Positions 11,288 to 21,159 of a stretch of 64,000 nt of DNA are shown here, piece by piece (position 1 is the first letter of the stretch; every line of letters begins with the position of its first letter). The position numbers and the translations under genes are program-made. The notes under the pieces are model-generated. The model was given only the letters and a program-made list of their open reading frames with translations, was not told the DNA's origin and ran no database searches. The stretch is from a virus: the IMG/VR virus record IMGVR_UViG_3300029319_000005, positions 83,377 to 147,376 of that record. One strand, given 5' to 3'.

Positions 11288-11932
11288 TTAATCCTCTTCT
11301 ACAGCTTCAATGGTCGCACCTATACTAACTTTTGAATCATAATCAGATACATTTACGTTAGAAAACCTATCATTAAAAGTTGTTAACGCTTTCTCTTCTT
11401 GCGTCGAGTTTAAATTTGTTTTTTCAGCACTCTGGCCCTTTACTGGACCTAAGTATCTAGGCCCTATCATATTAACCGGATCTTCATAAATAATATCAAC
11501 AAGCGCTCCTACTTTAGGGATTCTAACACTATCATTCATAGGGAGGGCCACAGGATGTGCCTCTACCAAAAGAGAATCAAAGCCCTCAGAACTGTCTAAA
11601 GTATCAGGTGCCGGTATGCAGGCGTGCATCTCCGGTATTCTAAAAATAATCGGAGGTGGGGCTTGATCCATGAAAACATCTTTCTCAATATTCCCTTGAT
11701 ATGCCGCGCTCGAATTTTTTGATAAAACGGCTAAAACAAATCCTTTAAATACACCTCTCTCTCTAAATGGTATTGCAACCTGCTCGCTAACCCTTTCTTT
11801 AGCAACTTGCGTTAATTGTTCTAATTTATCAGAAACGGTTGCAGCGAGGGGAGACAATTTTCTTTTGTCAACCCTTCTCCTGTGAACATTATTAGTAGGC
11901 GCAGTAAGTCTTTTTTTTAGTTTGTTTCTCAT
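11288..11932 (-). CDS. putative gp5 N-terminal OB-fold-like baseplate protein
   Basis: FRIPEMH...PKVGALVDIIY resembles the gp5/gpV OB-fold PxxGxxVxVxF; lies directly upstream of the gp5-C-like gene. Confidence 0.45.
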   Translation of the reverse strand: MRNKLKKRLTAPTNNVHRRRVDKRKLSPLAATVSDKLEQLTQVAKERVSEQVAIPFRERGVFKGFVLAVLSKNSSAAYQGNIEKDVFMDQAPPPIIFRIPEMHACIPAPDTLDSSEGFDSLLVEAHPVALPMNDSVRIPKVGALVDIIYEDPVNMIGPRYLGPVKGQSAEKTNLNSTQEEKALTTFNDRFSNVNVSDYDSKVSIGATIEAVEED

Positions 11933-12228
11933 CCTTCTAAATTTCCATCCGGCTCGGCCTGTATTAGTTTGAATATTTCGTCTTTGTCAAAAGACGACAA
12001 GTCTTTGCCGCTGGATATCTTTTTCTGGAGTAGCGCTGATACTTTTACCAACTGTTCATTAGAGCGCTGCAATGTCTCTAGATACTTCGCAGCAACAGGT
12101 CCCAAGTCCTTGTGCATCTCTGCTAGCTGTATCTTTTCTAGTATGTCGGTTAGCAAGGTTAGGGCTAATGCCCTATCACTTCTTATGTTTGTAACCGATT
12201 CAGCTAGATATTCTTCTATTTTTTCCAT
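11929..12228 (-). CDS. hypothetical helical protein
   Basis: 99-aa ORF with CTATTTA 7 nt upstream; overlaps the next gene. Confidence 0.6.
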   Translation of the reverse strand: MEKIEEYLAESVTNIRSDRALALTLLTDILEKIQLAEMHKDLGPVAAKYLETLQRSNEQLVKVSALLQKKISSGKDLSSFDKDEIFKLIQAEPDGNLEG

Positions 12229-12249
12229 AGTAAAATAAATAGGAAAAAA

Positions 12250-12942
12250 TTATTTTTTTCCTACAACCCAGTCCTTTTTGAAAGCCCTATACTTTATTCT
12301 TAATTTATTAAGATTATTAACAACTTGTTTAGTATTCAGACCTGTGATTTCCCTTATATACAAATAAATCGCTTTTTTGTTAAAAATTTCTATATCATCT
12401 GCTTTATCAAACAGGAATCTTATTGCCTCTAAAACCTTTTTCTCGTTTTCTTTTAATTTGGAAGTTTCCCAAGTATCGATCTCCACCCAAAGATGTTGCC
12501 AGAATTCATACTTTTCTCTTTCGTTCAAATATTCATTTTGAACAGAAAGGTAGCCCGTCTCTAATTCGCTAGATAAATCATCAAAATTTACTTCTCTTTT
12601 TAAGTTTTTAGAATTCTTTTTAACTTTATAGATGAACCAATTTTTTGTAATAACGCTAAAATAAGAAAAAGCTTTTGAACCTTTCTCTGGGTCGAATTTA
12701 TCTAGAATAGTCGTTAGCCAAATTTTACAGTCTTCCTTTAAATACTCAATATTTGGGAGATTGTTAAATTTGTACGTGAATACTATCTTATCTACCAGTT
12801 CGCTAAAAGCGGGCTCTATTAGTTCTACATAGAGCTTAGTTCTTTCTTCTAAACTATCCGTAGTGGCGTAAGCCACTATTGCTTCCTGATGTATTTTAGT
12901 AAAGTATTTGTTGGTAGTCCTGGGTCTACGGCGTCTCTTCAT
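12250..12942 (-). CDS. phage sigma factor, gp55-like (probable late transcription)
   Basis: Region-2 motif KFDPEKGSKAFSYFSVITKNWF and a C-terminal HTH-like segment (YIREITGLNTKQV). ATG at 12942 preferred over TTG at 12948. Confidence 0.75.
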   Translation of the reverse strand: MKRRRRPRTTNKYFTKIHQEAIVAYATTDSLEERTKLYVELIEPAFSELVDKIVFTYKFNNLPNIEYLKEDCKIWLTTILDKFDPEKGSKAFSYFSVITKNWFIYKVKKNSKNLKREVNFDDLSSELETGYLSVQNEYLNEREKYEFWQHLWVEIDTWETSKLKENEKKVLEAIRFLFDKADDIEIFNKKAIYLYIREITGLNTKQVVNNLNKLRIKYRAFKKDWVVGKK

Positions 12943-13309
12943 TGTCAAAATCTATTTCCTCTATTTCTTGTTCAGCTTCTGTTTGGATAGAAATATATTT
13001 ATCAATATCTTCGACAACATATTGAGAATGTTCTAAAAGTTCTTGTAATACAGTATCTCCATAAAAAGTTTCCATCTCATATATTTTTTCAACATGATTT
13101 GCAAACATGGTTAAAGAGGTTGATATTTCTATTAAATTTTCTTCAGACGTTGATAAATCTTTTAATAAGCTTTTAATATAAAGAAAAGCTAACAAATTTA
13201 AAATCACAGAAAGAAAAAGCAAAAATGGTACGATGCCCACGACTAGAGCAATTAATAGACCATTTAATAGTAATGAAATTACAATTGCTATTCTAGCTTC
13301 CTGGCTCAT
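12926..13309 (-). CDS. membrane protein (N-terminal TM helices plus coiled coil)
   Basis: Hydrophobic residues ~7-45. Confidence 0.6.
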   Translation of the reverse strand: MSQEARIAIVISLLLNGLLIALVVGIVPFLLFLSVILNLLAFLYIKSLLKDLSTSEENLIEISTSLTMFANHVEKIYEMETFYGDTVLQELLEHSQYVVEDIDKYISIQTEAEQEIEEIDFDNEETP

Positions 13310-13562
13310 ATAACTCCTCTTTTAGCTTTTGCTTGTCTTTTTTCAAATCAGAGCGGAATTCTTCTATGCTTTGTTTTACCAAGCTTCCCACTTGATGAGG
13401 ACTATCAACGCTATCTTTGCTCTTTACTGTAAAATTTGATATAGCTCTAGTTACACAATTTTTTTCTTTACAGACCAAGCAGTCCTCCACTGTGTCACCT
13501 ACAGAGTGCCTAACCATAAACGAGACTTGGCACTCACTGCATTTATAGACATATCTAGGCAT
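13293..13562 (-). CDS. FmdB-family zinc-ribbon protein
   Basis: MPRYVYKCSEC...CLVC matches the MPxYxYxCxxC...CxxC pattern. Confidence 0.8.
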   Translation of the reverse strand: MPRYVYKCSECQVSFMVRHSVGDTVEDCLVCKEKNCVTRAISNFTVKSKDSVDSPHQVGSLVKQSIEEFRSDLKKDKQKLKEELYEPGS

Positions 13563-13773
13563 CGTCTGTTAAATCTTCTGTGTCTTGTATTTCTTCTACA
13601 TCAAACTTTACGATTGGAGGATTTAGTACAAATAATTCATCGTTTACAGTTGTAAAGTCTAAATTTTTTAACATGGGCACGATGTCACTCTGGTCCATAA
13701 TGCACTTCTGTAAGCACATCATAACTGCTCCTAATGCCTCATCTGAAAGCTTTGTCTTTTCTTCAATAGCCAT
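13555..13773 (-). CDS. hypothetical protein
   Basis: 72-aa ORF with AGGAG SD, in an operon. Confidence 0.6.
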   Translation of the reverse strand: MAIEEKTKLSDEALGAVMMCLQKCIMDQSDIVPMLKNLDFTTVNDELFVLNPPIVKFDVEEIQDTEDLTDDA

Positions 13774-13785
13774 TGTGGTTCTCCT

Positions 13786-14748
13786 TTACCATTTAAAATT
13801 ATTTTTATAGTGCCAAACAATAGCACTTATTTCTTCATCAAAATTCTTCTTTGGTTCCCATCCAAGATTTCTTAATTTAGTATCATCTAGTGAATACCTA
13901 ACATCTTGTCCAGGTCTTGTATGCTCCAAATCGATATAATCGTTCCAATCTACATCATGAGAAAAATAACATTCTATTATCTTTTTAACAGTTTCTTTAT
14001 TTTTTTGTTCAAACCCGCCAGCGATATTAAAAATTTCATTTATAGCACCAGATTCAATAATCGTCATAACTCCTTGTGCGGTGTCTTCTGCGTGTAGCCA
14101 GTTTCTATACGGCTCTCCTCTATCGTGTAATCTTATCTTTTTCCCTCTTTGTAAAAGCTTAACTGACAATGGTATTAGCTTTTCTGCATTTTGATGGGTA
14201 CCATAATTATTAGTTGGACGCAAAATAATGTAATTAATTCCATAAGTTCTGGCCCAAGCTTCAATTAGCATGTCTGACGACGCCTTAGAAGCAGAATATG
14301 GGTTGCTTGGCTTAAGAGGGTCCTTCTCGGTGTGAGCGCCTTCTATAATGTCTCCATATACTTCATCCGTGCTAAAATGAAACAATACCGGCCTTTGTCC
14401 AACATTTGTTGGCTTGTTCTTTATCAGATCAAGAATATTTTTAACTCCATTAATATTGCTCTTAATAAAGTCTTCACTGTCTATTATGCTATTGCCAACG
14501 TGAGTTTCTGCGGCTGTGTTAATAACATAATCGCAATCAGGTATGGATTTTAAATCGCAAATGTCTGCTCTCTTAAAAACAAAATTATCGTCGTCTTTAT
14601 TAAACGAATAAAATTCTTCTAACAGTTCCTTATTGGCTGCGTAAGTAAGATCGTCAATACCATACACTCTCCAGCCTTTTTTTAAGCAAAGACGAGTAAC
14701 ATGAGAACCAATAAATCCCAAACATCCTGTTACAATTACTAATTTCAT
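13786..14748 (-). CDS. rfbB: dTDP-glucose 4,6-dehydratase-like SDR
   Basis: TGCLGFIG, LTYA, AAETHV, STDEVYG, PYSASKA, RPGQDVRY. Confidence 0.85.
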   Translation of the reverse strand: MKLVIVTGCLGFIGSHVTRLCLKKGWRVYGIDDLTYAANKELLEEFYSFNKDDDNFVFKRADICDLKSIPDCDYVINTAAETHVGNSIIDSEDFIKSNINGVKNILDLIKNKPTNVGQRPVLFHFSTDEVYGDIIEGAHTEKDPLKPSNPYSASKASSDMLIEAWARTYGINYIILRPTNNYGTHQNAEKLIPLSVKLLQRGKKIRLHDRGEPYRNWLHAEDTAQGVMTIIESGAINEIFNIAGGFEQKNKETVKKIIECYFSHDVDWNDYIDLEHTRPGQDVRYSLDDTKLRNLGWEPKKNFDEEISAIVWHYKNNFKW

Positions 14749-15119
14749 TAATCACCCTTTATAACTCTATAAGAATCACTATCAAAATGTTCCGTTGAAA
14801 ATTCGTATAGTTCGCTATCTTCCAATGCGACCATCTGATGTCTTAAGCCCGGATAAACGTAAAAATTATCGCCGGGGTTTAATATTAGTTGTTTAGCCTT
14901 TGTTATATCATCACTTTCAGAATAGTATAGCATCATCTTGCCAGATTGTAGGTAAAACACTTCGTCTTTCAATACATGGTAATGCCAAGAACACCTTTTG
15001 CCTTGTACAAAAAACAAAAGCTTCCCACAATATTCTTTTTTATTAACAATCCACTTTTCATATCCCCACCCTTTTTTAACAAACTTAATCGATGGAGTTT
15101 TGTTGGTTAAAGAATTCAC
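14748..15119 (-). CDS. cupin (mannose-6-phosphate isomerase-like)
   Basis: KGWGYE, SWHYH..KDEVF, PGLRH, EFST. Confidence 0.8.
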   Translation of the reverse strand: MNSLTNKTPSIKFVKKGWGYEKWIVNKKEYCGKLLFFVQGKRCSWHYHVLKDEVFYLQSGKMMLYYSESDDITKAKQLILNPGDNFYVYPGLRHQMVALEDSELYEFSTEHFDSDSYRVIKGD

Positions 15120-15124
15120 TTTAT

Positions 15125-16144
15125 TTATCCTTTAGAGCTTTTGCTAGTTGTATCTACCTGCTTTTTTACCCAAGCATATGTTTCTTTCATTCCATCTAAA
15201 AGAGGCTTTGAAACTCTCCATCCAATCTTTTCTTCGTATAGATTGTTGTCTGAATTTCTGCCATTTACCCCGATAGGACATTTATGCCCGTATTTATTTT
15301 CAAATTCCTCGCCACTAATATTATGTACTGTCAAATTTTTGCCAGATATATCAATAGCCATTTGGGCAAAATCATTGATTGAAATCATCTCATCAGAGCC
15401 AATATTAACTGGTCCCGTAAAATCTGACTGCATAAATCGATAAGTAGCTTCCACGCACTCATCAACATATAAAAAAGATCTAGTTTGGTTTCCAGATCCC
15501 CATACTTCGATTGATTCCCCTTCTTTTGCTTCAGCCGCTTTTCTACACATAGCAGCAGGAGCCTTTTCTCTTCCCCCATCCCAAGTGCCACACGGCCCAA
15601 AAATATTATGATACCTAGCAACTCTAACTTGTAGGTTTTTATTTCTCATAAAAGCAAGATAAAGCCTCTCCGAAAAAAGCTTTTCCCAGCCGTACTCAGA
15701 GTCGGGGTTGGCTGGATACGCAGAATCTTCGACGCAGTTTGGATTATCGGGATCAAGTTGGTTGTGCTCGGGATACATACACGCAGAAGACGAATAAAAG
15801 ATCTTTTTAACGCCCTTGCTAGTTGCTTCATGTACCATATTTAAATTAATTAAAGCAGAATTGTGCATAATATCAGCGTCATTTTCACCAGTAAAAACAA
15901 ACCCCGCGCCGCCCATATCTGCCGCAAGTTGATAAACCTCGTCCATATCCTTATCCACAACGCGGGCGACAACATGAGGGTCTCTCAAATCTCCAATAAC
16001 AAAATCATCTGCTATTTCATCTACGGGCTGGTACTCGTTAAGCTTTAGGTCAACCCCTCTAACCCAATACCCTCTCTCTTTCAAATATTTTACAAGATGT
16101 CCGCCAATAAAGCCACCGGCTCCACAAACTAAAGCTTTCTTCAT
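15125..16144 (-). CDS. NAD-dependent epimerase, GDP-mannose 3,5-epimerase-like
   Basis: GAGGFIG, LAADMGGAGF, SSACMYP, YGWEK, REKAPAA, GRNSDN. Confidence 0.85.
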   Translation of the reverse strand: MKKALVCGAGGFIGGHLVKYLKERGYWVRGVDLKLNEYQPVDEIADDFVIGDLRDPHVVARVVDKDMDEVYQLAADMGGAGFVFTGENDADIMHNSALINLNMVHEATSKGVKKIFYSSSACMYPEHNQLDPDNPNCVEDSAYPANPDSEYGWEKLFSERLYLAFMRNKNLQVRVARYHNIFGPCGTWDGGREKAPAAMCRKAAEAKEGESIEVWGSGNQTRSFLYVDECVEATYRFMQSDFTGPVNIGSDEMISINDFAQMAIDISGKNLTVHNISGEEFENKYGHKCPIGVNGRNSDNNLYEEKIGWRVSKPLLDGMKETYAWVKKQVDTTSKSSKG

Positions 16145-16148
16145 TATG

Positions 16149-16928
16149 TTATCCTTTTAAATTTTTAGGTATTTCACAAACAGGTGGCATTTGTAATTTG
16201 TGTTTAGTATTATAGTGCCTTTCTCTATATATTTTAAGAACTTTTTGTTGTCTTTCAGTAAGCTCTTCTTCAATGCCACGATCATTGTATTCAAGAGCCC
16301 ACTCTAGTTCATCATAAGATGCGCCAATTTGATCCTCGTCCGATCTATTATCATTCCATAATCCATCAGTCGGTATAGCGTCCTGTATAGAGTTCGGGAC
16401 TCCCATATAAGATGCTAACTCATAAACTTCAGATTTTAAAAGATCCGCTATGGGGCTTATATCAACTCCGCCATCCCCATATTTAGTAAAAAATCCTATA
16501 CCATAATCCTCAACTTTGTTGCCAGTTCCAACAACCATGTAATTTTTTGAATTGGCACAGGCATAAAGAGTCATCATCCTTAATCTAGAAGCAGAGTTCG
16601 CAACCGCAAGATTTGTTAGCTCGGATACAGACATCGCACCTCTAAAAGCATTAAAAGATTCTGTTAAATCTATTTCATAAGAACTAACATTATTATATTT
16701 TTCTTTCAGCCATTTAATCTGCTCATTAGATCTATTATATTGCCCCTCTTCTTGTGAAATAGGCATATTTAAAACTAAAACAGGTCTTCCTGTATTAGCA
16801 GCTAAGGTAGAAGTCAAGGCAGAATCAATGCCTCCAGAGACACCTACAATAAAGCCATTACAATCCGCTTCTTCTATGATGTTGTCAAGCCATCCCGTTA
16901 TAAAGTCTATTGTCTGTTTATTATTCAT
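16149..16928 (-). CDS. nadE: NH3-dependent NAD+ synthetase
   Basis: SGGIDS PP-loop, SRLRM, GTGNKVE, GFFTKYGDGG, PTDGLW. Start re-called at MNNKQT. Confidence 0.9.
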   Translation of the reverse strand: MNNKQTIDFITGWLDNIIEEADCNGFIVGVSGGIDSALTSTLAANTGRPVLVLNMPISQEEGQYNRSNEQIKWLKEKYNNVSSYEIDLTESFNAFRGAMSVSELTNLAVANSASRLRMMTLYACANSKNYMVVGTGNKVEDYGIGFFTKYGDGGVDISPIADLLKSEVYELASYMGVPNSIQDAIPTDGLWNDNRSDEDQIGASYDELEWALEYNDRGIEEELTERQQKVLKIYRERHYNTKHKLQMPPVCEIPKNLKG

Positions 16929-18036
16929 CGCTATTAAACTCTCTCTCTTGGTATACAAAAAGATTTCCAAATTTTTGTTTAAGTTTATTAACAACTTCTT
17001 TAGATTCTTTAATTACAACAGTAAAACCCTTTTTTGCTATCTGAGCGGCATATTCTAGCTGTTGGGATTCTTCAATTATTGTTGTGTTCGGCTTATAGGT
17101 AACTGAATCGAAAGAAACCAAATCCGACTTTGCATTCTTACAAAAGTCTTCCACCTGAAACTTTAAATGCTCCTTATTGCTCTCGTCGGAAGCTAGGCTG
17201 ATAAGGGCTTTAATATTCTTATCGCTTGCATAGATCGCTAAAGCCCTATTATCTCTTGGGAAACAAGGTCCACCATATCCGAATCCATAGCCAAGATACT
17301 TTAATCCAATTCTAGAATCTGCTCCAATTGCATTCAAAATCTTTTGTGGGCTGCATCCGGAAGCTATTGCAATATCCCCAACCATATTGGCAAATGCAAT
17401 TTTAGTTGTCAAAAAACAATTAAGAGATATTTTAGTTAATTCTGCTTCAGTCCTATTCATTTTATGAATAAATGGATTATTGTTTGTCATATCTTTGTAT
17501 GCCTTTTCAATAATCATTCCAGCATCTTTATTGCCTTCTCCTATTAAAACCATATCGGGTTGTAGCTGGTCTCTTAGGATGCTGCCCTGCGCAATAAATT
17601 CAGGATTATAGCTAACAATATAATTAAAGTCCTTAAGTCTCTCCTGCACTGTATCGCAATATCCAGGCATAGTTGTGCAGCAAATAACCAAATGTTTCGT
17701 TTCTTTTGCAGGCCCAAGTTTAATTAAAGATTTTGCCAGTTCGTCTACTTGAGAATGATCATATCTGCCATTTTCTAAAGACGGAGTTGCTACAACAACA
17801 AACAAAAGATTTGAGAAATCTATCGCCTCTTGAAGATCTGTAGTGGCCTTAAATCTTTTAGACTCTTGAAGATATTCCTCCACATTTGGTTCAACACTAG
17901 AAAGCTGCTTCGAATTAATTAAATCAACATAATCCTGATTGACGTCTACTCCAACTACGTCGTATGATGCTCTCTCTAGCGTTAAGGAGAAGCAGAGACC
18001 CAGCCTCCCAATTCCTATTACTGATGCCTTATTCAC
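16921..18036 (-). CDS. UDP-glucose/GDP-mannose 6-dehydrogenase family
   Basis: GIGRLG, YNPEF, GYGGPCFPRD (catalytic Cys). Confidence 0.85.
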   Translation of the reverse strand: MNKASVIGIGRLGLCFSLTLERASYDVVGVDVNQDYVDLINSKQLSSVEPNVEEYLQESKRFKATTDLQEAIDFSNLLFVVVATPSLENGRYDHSQVDELAKSLIKLGPAKETKHLVICCTTMPGYCDTVQERLKDFNYIVSYNPEFIAQGSILRDQLQPDMVLIGEGNKDAGMIIEKAYKDMTNNNPFIHKMNRTEAELTKISLNCFLTTKIAFANMVGDIAIASGCSPQKILNAIGADSRIGLKYLGYGFGYGGPCFPRDNRALAIYASDKNIKALISLASDESNKEHLKFQVEDFCKNAKSDLVSFDSVTYKPNTTIIEESQQLEYAAQIAKKGFTVVIKESKEVVNKLKQKFGNLFVYQEREFNSDE

Positions 18037-18047
18037 TATTACAACTC

Positions 18048-18920
18048 CTATATAAGATGCCAGTCTTCTGGTGTTTGCCCTTCCCTGTGCGCGTCGGGGT
18101 TGTCAACAAAATAATTTTTAGGGGCTACAACTATCTTTTCTTTATTATCATTTAAGTATGCAGCCCACCATCCAAATGATGTATTATGACAAGTGATATT
18201 GTGATCACAGGCCTTCATAATTGCAAAGTCCATTATATCATCTTTACCTTCGCAATATAAAATATTTTCACCATTTATATTATTCTTACACCATTCTATA
18301 TCTTTTTCGTTTCCAACTTGTCCTCTACTGCCGCCAGTAAAGATAAGATATTTTACTTTCTTACTTTTAAATTTAGTTTTTGCCTCTTTAAAATATCTAC
18401 CGAATATACTATCCCAAGTAAAAATATCATTTTCCCCATAATAATGGCCTAGCTCAGGATTTGTGCCATCCGTGTTGTCTCCACGACGAACATGCACACT
18501 GACTAATTCGCTGCCGTCTTCTTTCAATCGATTAACATATTCTTCGGCTTCTTGTTCTAAATGATCTAAAAGTCTAAATTCTTTTCTTATTTGTTCTTCT
18601 ATATTTTGAAAATAGTAGATACTTTGAAAGAATCCATATAAATCAGTATTAGGAGGAACATTAAATATATCAGGATACCACTTCATGTGATCAGGCTCCA
18701 CAAAGCGCGCCTGTATATCATTATATTCACTTAATTCTAGATATTCACATTCAATTTTAAAATTTTTCAGCAAGCATTTTTGACCATGCCAGGACATATG
18801 ATCGGGATCAGGAATTTTTAAAACATTACCAGTCTTAATAGCTACAGATTTTGCCGTCGCATATTGATATAGTTGGTTGCCAAGTCTTCCCAACATGCCT
18901 AGTTGACTAAAAGTAATCAT
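18048..18920 (-). CDS. GT11 alpha-1,2-fucosyltransferase-like
   Basis: GRLGNQLYQ, GFFQS, HVRRGD, SFGWWAAYL. Confidence 0.85.
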   Translation of the reverse strand: MITFSQLGMLGRLGNQLYQYATAKSVAIKTGNVLKIPDPDHMSWHGQKCLLKNFKIECEYLELSEYNDIQARFVEPDHMKWYPDIFNVPPNTDLYGFFQSIYYFQNIEEQIRKEFRLLDHLEQEAEEYVNRLKEDGSELVSVHVRRGDNTDGTNPELGHYYGENDIFTWDSIFGRYFKEAKTKFKSKKVKYLIFTGGSRGQVGNEKDIEWCKNNINGENILYCEGKDDIMDFAIMKACDHNITCHNTSFGWWAAYLNDNKEKIVVAPKNYFVDNPDAHREGQTPEDWHLI

Positions 18921-19537
18921 CTTACCTCTATATTCTCAAAAAGTTTAAATTCGGTTAAATCTCTATAAGGTGGATCTTCCGGTATGTCCGGCATATGTTC
19001 CGGATAGTTTTGCATCAAAGTTAGTCCTCTTGCTGCTTGTTCAGGTGTCATGTACATATTCCACCCTTCTTCGTCAATCATGTCTTCGTGATATTTCATC
19101 CCATCTGTCCTGCCTTCATATCTTCTAGCTTTTAGCCATTTGACAGCATCCATACTATCACAAAGAATCATGCCTCCCTTGCCTATTTTTAAATGTTTTT
19201 TAATGTGAAAAGATAGGCACATAAGAGTCCCAGGAATATACATATTAGAAGTCAGTCTTTTCGCTGCGTCGTAGATCGGAAACGGTTTAAATTGATAGAT
19301 TCCTTCCCACTCAATATCTTCGAATACTAACTCCCCTCCTGCTTGCATAATAGATTGCGGAGGAGATAGATAGGTTCTCTTTGGTATAGTGACCTCTTTG
19401 CCTTCAACTCCTACCCATTTACATGCAAGAAATAGAGCGTTTGTGCAACTATTCACAGAAACGGCAAAAGGCGCTCCCGTATAGTGTGCAATCTCTTCTT
19501 CAAACATTTTTACTATTTTATATGGATTATGTAACAT
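18917..19537 (-). CDS. short DegT/DnrJ/EryC1 PLP aminotransferase
   Basis: FEEEIA, VNSCTNAL, DAA, SFHIKKHLKIGKGG. Start is GTG/TTG. Confidence 0.75.
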   Translation of the reverse strand: MLHNPYKIVKMFEEEIAHYTGAPFAVSVNSCTNALFLACKWVGVEGKEVTIPKRTYLSPPQSIMQAGGELVFEDIEWEGIYQFKPFPIYDAAKRLTSNMYIPGTLMCLSFHIKKHLKIGKGGMILCDSMDAVKWLKARRYEGRTDGMKYHEDMIDEEGWNMYMTPEQAARGLTLMQNYPEHMPDIPEDPPYRDLTEFKLFENIEVR

Positions 19538-20435
19538 GATTGTCTCCTAAATTAAGATTTGCTTTAGCCAAGCCAAAACCCTCTCGTCCGTATTTGTCTC
19601 CATTGTAAAGCATGTATAAGTTTTCCTTGTGTTTAAAAACATGGGGATAACATACCATATTTTTATCCCACCCTTTAGCAGAAATATTTAAATTGCTTTG
19701 TTTCATGGACCAAGCTTCTCCATTTTTACTAAAAGCATATCCAATTCTATATGGTGTCCCGTCGCCTGATCTGTAGGAAAACCACATGTGATATCCATCT
19801 ATATCTTTATGGACAGATGGTTTAGAGAAGGCTTGTGCTTTACCTATTTCATAAGGTATTGCTACACCTTTAAAGTCCCAAGTTTCACAATCTTTAGATG
19901 TGGCGTACTTTATGACGTGAACCATTTCTCCATTGACAGACGTCCAGCTTATTGTAGAGCCATACCACATTTTATACAACCCATTTTCATGAATAATGTG
20001 AGGGTAAGATAGGCTAACTTTGTCTTCTTCGTTAGTACCCAGGAGCATTGATATTTCTTTTGTTCTTAAATTTACTTTTCCAATATCTCCTCTCCAATGA
20101 TGACCTTCCCTTTGTTGCCAGCCCATAAAACCAATATAGTCATCGCCATCCTGATTCCAGCAGTTGCCAATAGTTATTCCATGAGAATAGAAAGTATTCT
20201 CTTTTGGCTCAGCTATGGGATTTTTATGATCATTAACAATCTTTCTCTGCTCGATATCAAAATCAACATAAGAAATAGAAGACCTATTTTGGCTATCCCT
20301 TCCGGAGTAAAATATTCTAAATATGTCGCCGCCTAAATGATAAGCTAAAGGATTAGAAGCATGAGTCACCAAAGACGGATGATCATTGTCCACCTCATAT
20401 ATCATTCCTAGTTTTTCCCAAGCACATTCTTTCAT
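19527..20435 (-). CDS. five-bladed beta-propeller glycosidase-like protein (GH32/43 clan)
   Basis: Repeated blades YPHII..YKMWY, KPSV..YHMWFSYR, YPHV..YMLYNG..GFGLA. Confidence 0.7.
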   Translation of the reverse strand: MKECAWEKLGMIYEVDNDHPSLVTHASNPLAYHLGGDIFRIFYSGRDSQNRSSISYVDFDIEQRKIVNDHKNPIAEPKENTFYSHGITIGNCWNQDGDDYIGFMGWQQREGHHWRGDIGKVNLRTKEISMLLGTNEEDKVSLSYPHIIHENGLYKMWYGSTISWTSVNGEMVHVIKYATSKDCETWDFKGVAIPYEIGKAQAFSKPSVHKDIDGYHMWFSYRSGDGTPYRIGYAFSKNGEAWSMKQSNLNISAKGWDKNMVCYPHVFKHKENLYMLYNGDKYGREGFGLAKANLNLGDNHVT

Positions 20436-20436
20436 G

Positions 20437-21102
20437 TCAAAGCTTAAAACTACTACTTGGCTTATCTAATTTGGTGCTTCTAGCAGGCACGTACACTGAG
20501 CCTTTCTCTGTGTTTTTAGTTACTACAGAACCGGCTCCTATTAGACTTTCTTCCCCAATTTCGACCATATGTCCTATAGTGCTGTTAACCCCAATAAAGC
20601 AATGAGAACCTACAGTACATTGTCCAGAAACAACAACATGAGAACTTATAAAGTTGTGACTCTTTATAGTGCTATGGTGCCCAATGTGATTGCCGCTCCA
20701 AAGAATAACGTTATCTTCAACTTTAACAAACGGTTGAATAGTATTGTCTTCAAAAATAAAACAGTTCTCTCCAATCGCTTCTTTTGTCATGATACTACTT
20801 TTTGAACTAATATAAGACGGAAGATTGTAGCCCATATCTTTTGCTTCATAAAATTTTCTCTTCCTCAAATGATTTAGTTCAGTGTAGCTTAAAGCTATAT
20901 GCATATCGTGACTTTCGGGAGGGTATAGATCGCGCACTTTAGAAAATGGAACCATGGGGAGCCCCAAGTATTCATTATTAGTTATGTAATCGTCATCTTT
21001 TGTAAAACAAACGACTTCATATTCAGTATCATCATTGAAATATTGGTGAGCTATTTCTGTATAAAGTCCTTCTCCAAAAAGTATCAGTTTTTTGTTTTTC
21101 AT
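20437..21102 (-). CDS. NeuD/PglD-like sugar acetyltransferase (left-handed beta helix)
   Basis: Hexapeptide repeats; IGHH. Confidence 0.85.
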   Translation of the reverse strand: MKNKKLILFGEGLYTEIAHQYFNDDTEYEVVCFTKDDDYITNNEYLGLPMVPFSKVRDLYPPESHDMHIALSYTELNHLRKRKFYEAKDMGYNLPSYISSKSSIMTKEAIGENCFIFEDNTIQPFVKVEDNVILWSGNHIGHHSTIKSHNFISSHVVVSGQCTVGSHCFIGVNSTIGHMVEIGEESLIGAGSVVTKNTEKGSVYVPARSTKLDKPSSSFKL

Positions 21103-21159
21103 TTTTTACCTCTTCTGTAGTTCTAATAAAATAGATAAGTTCATTATACACCATATTAA

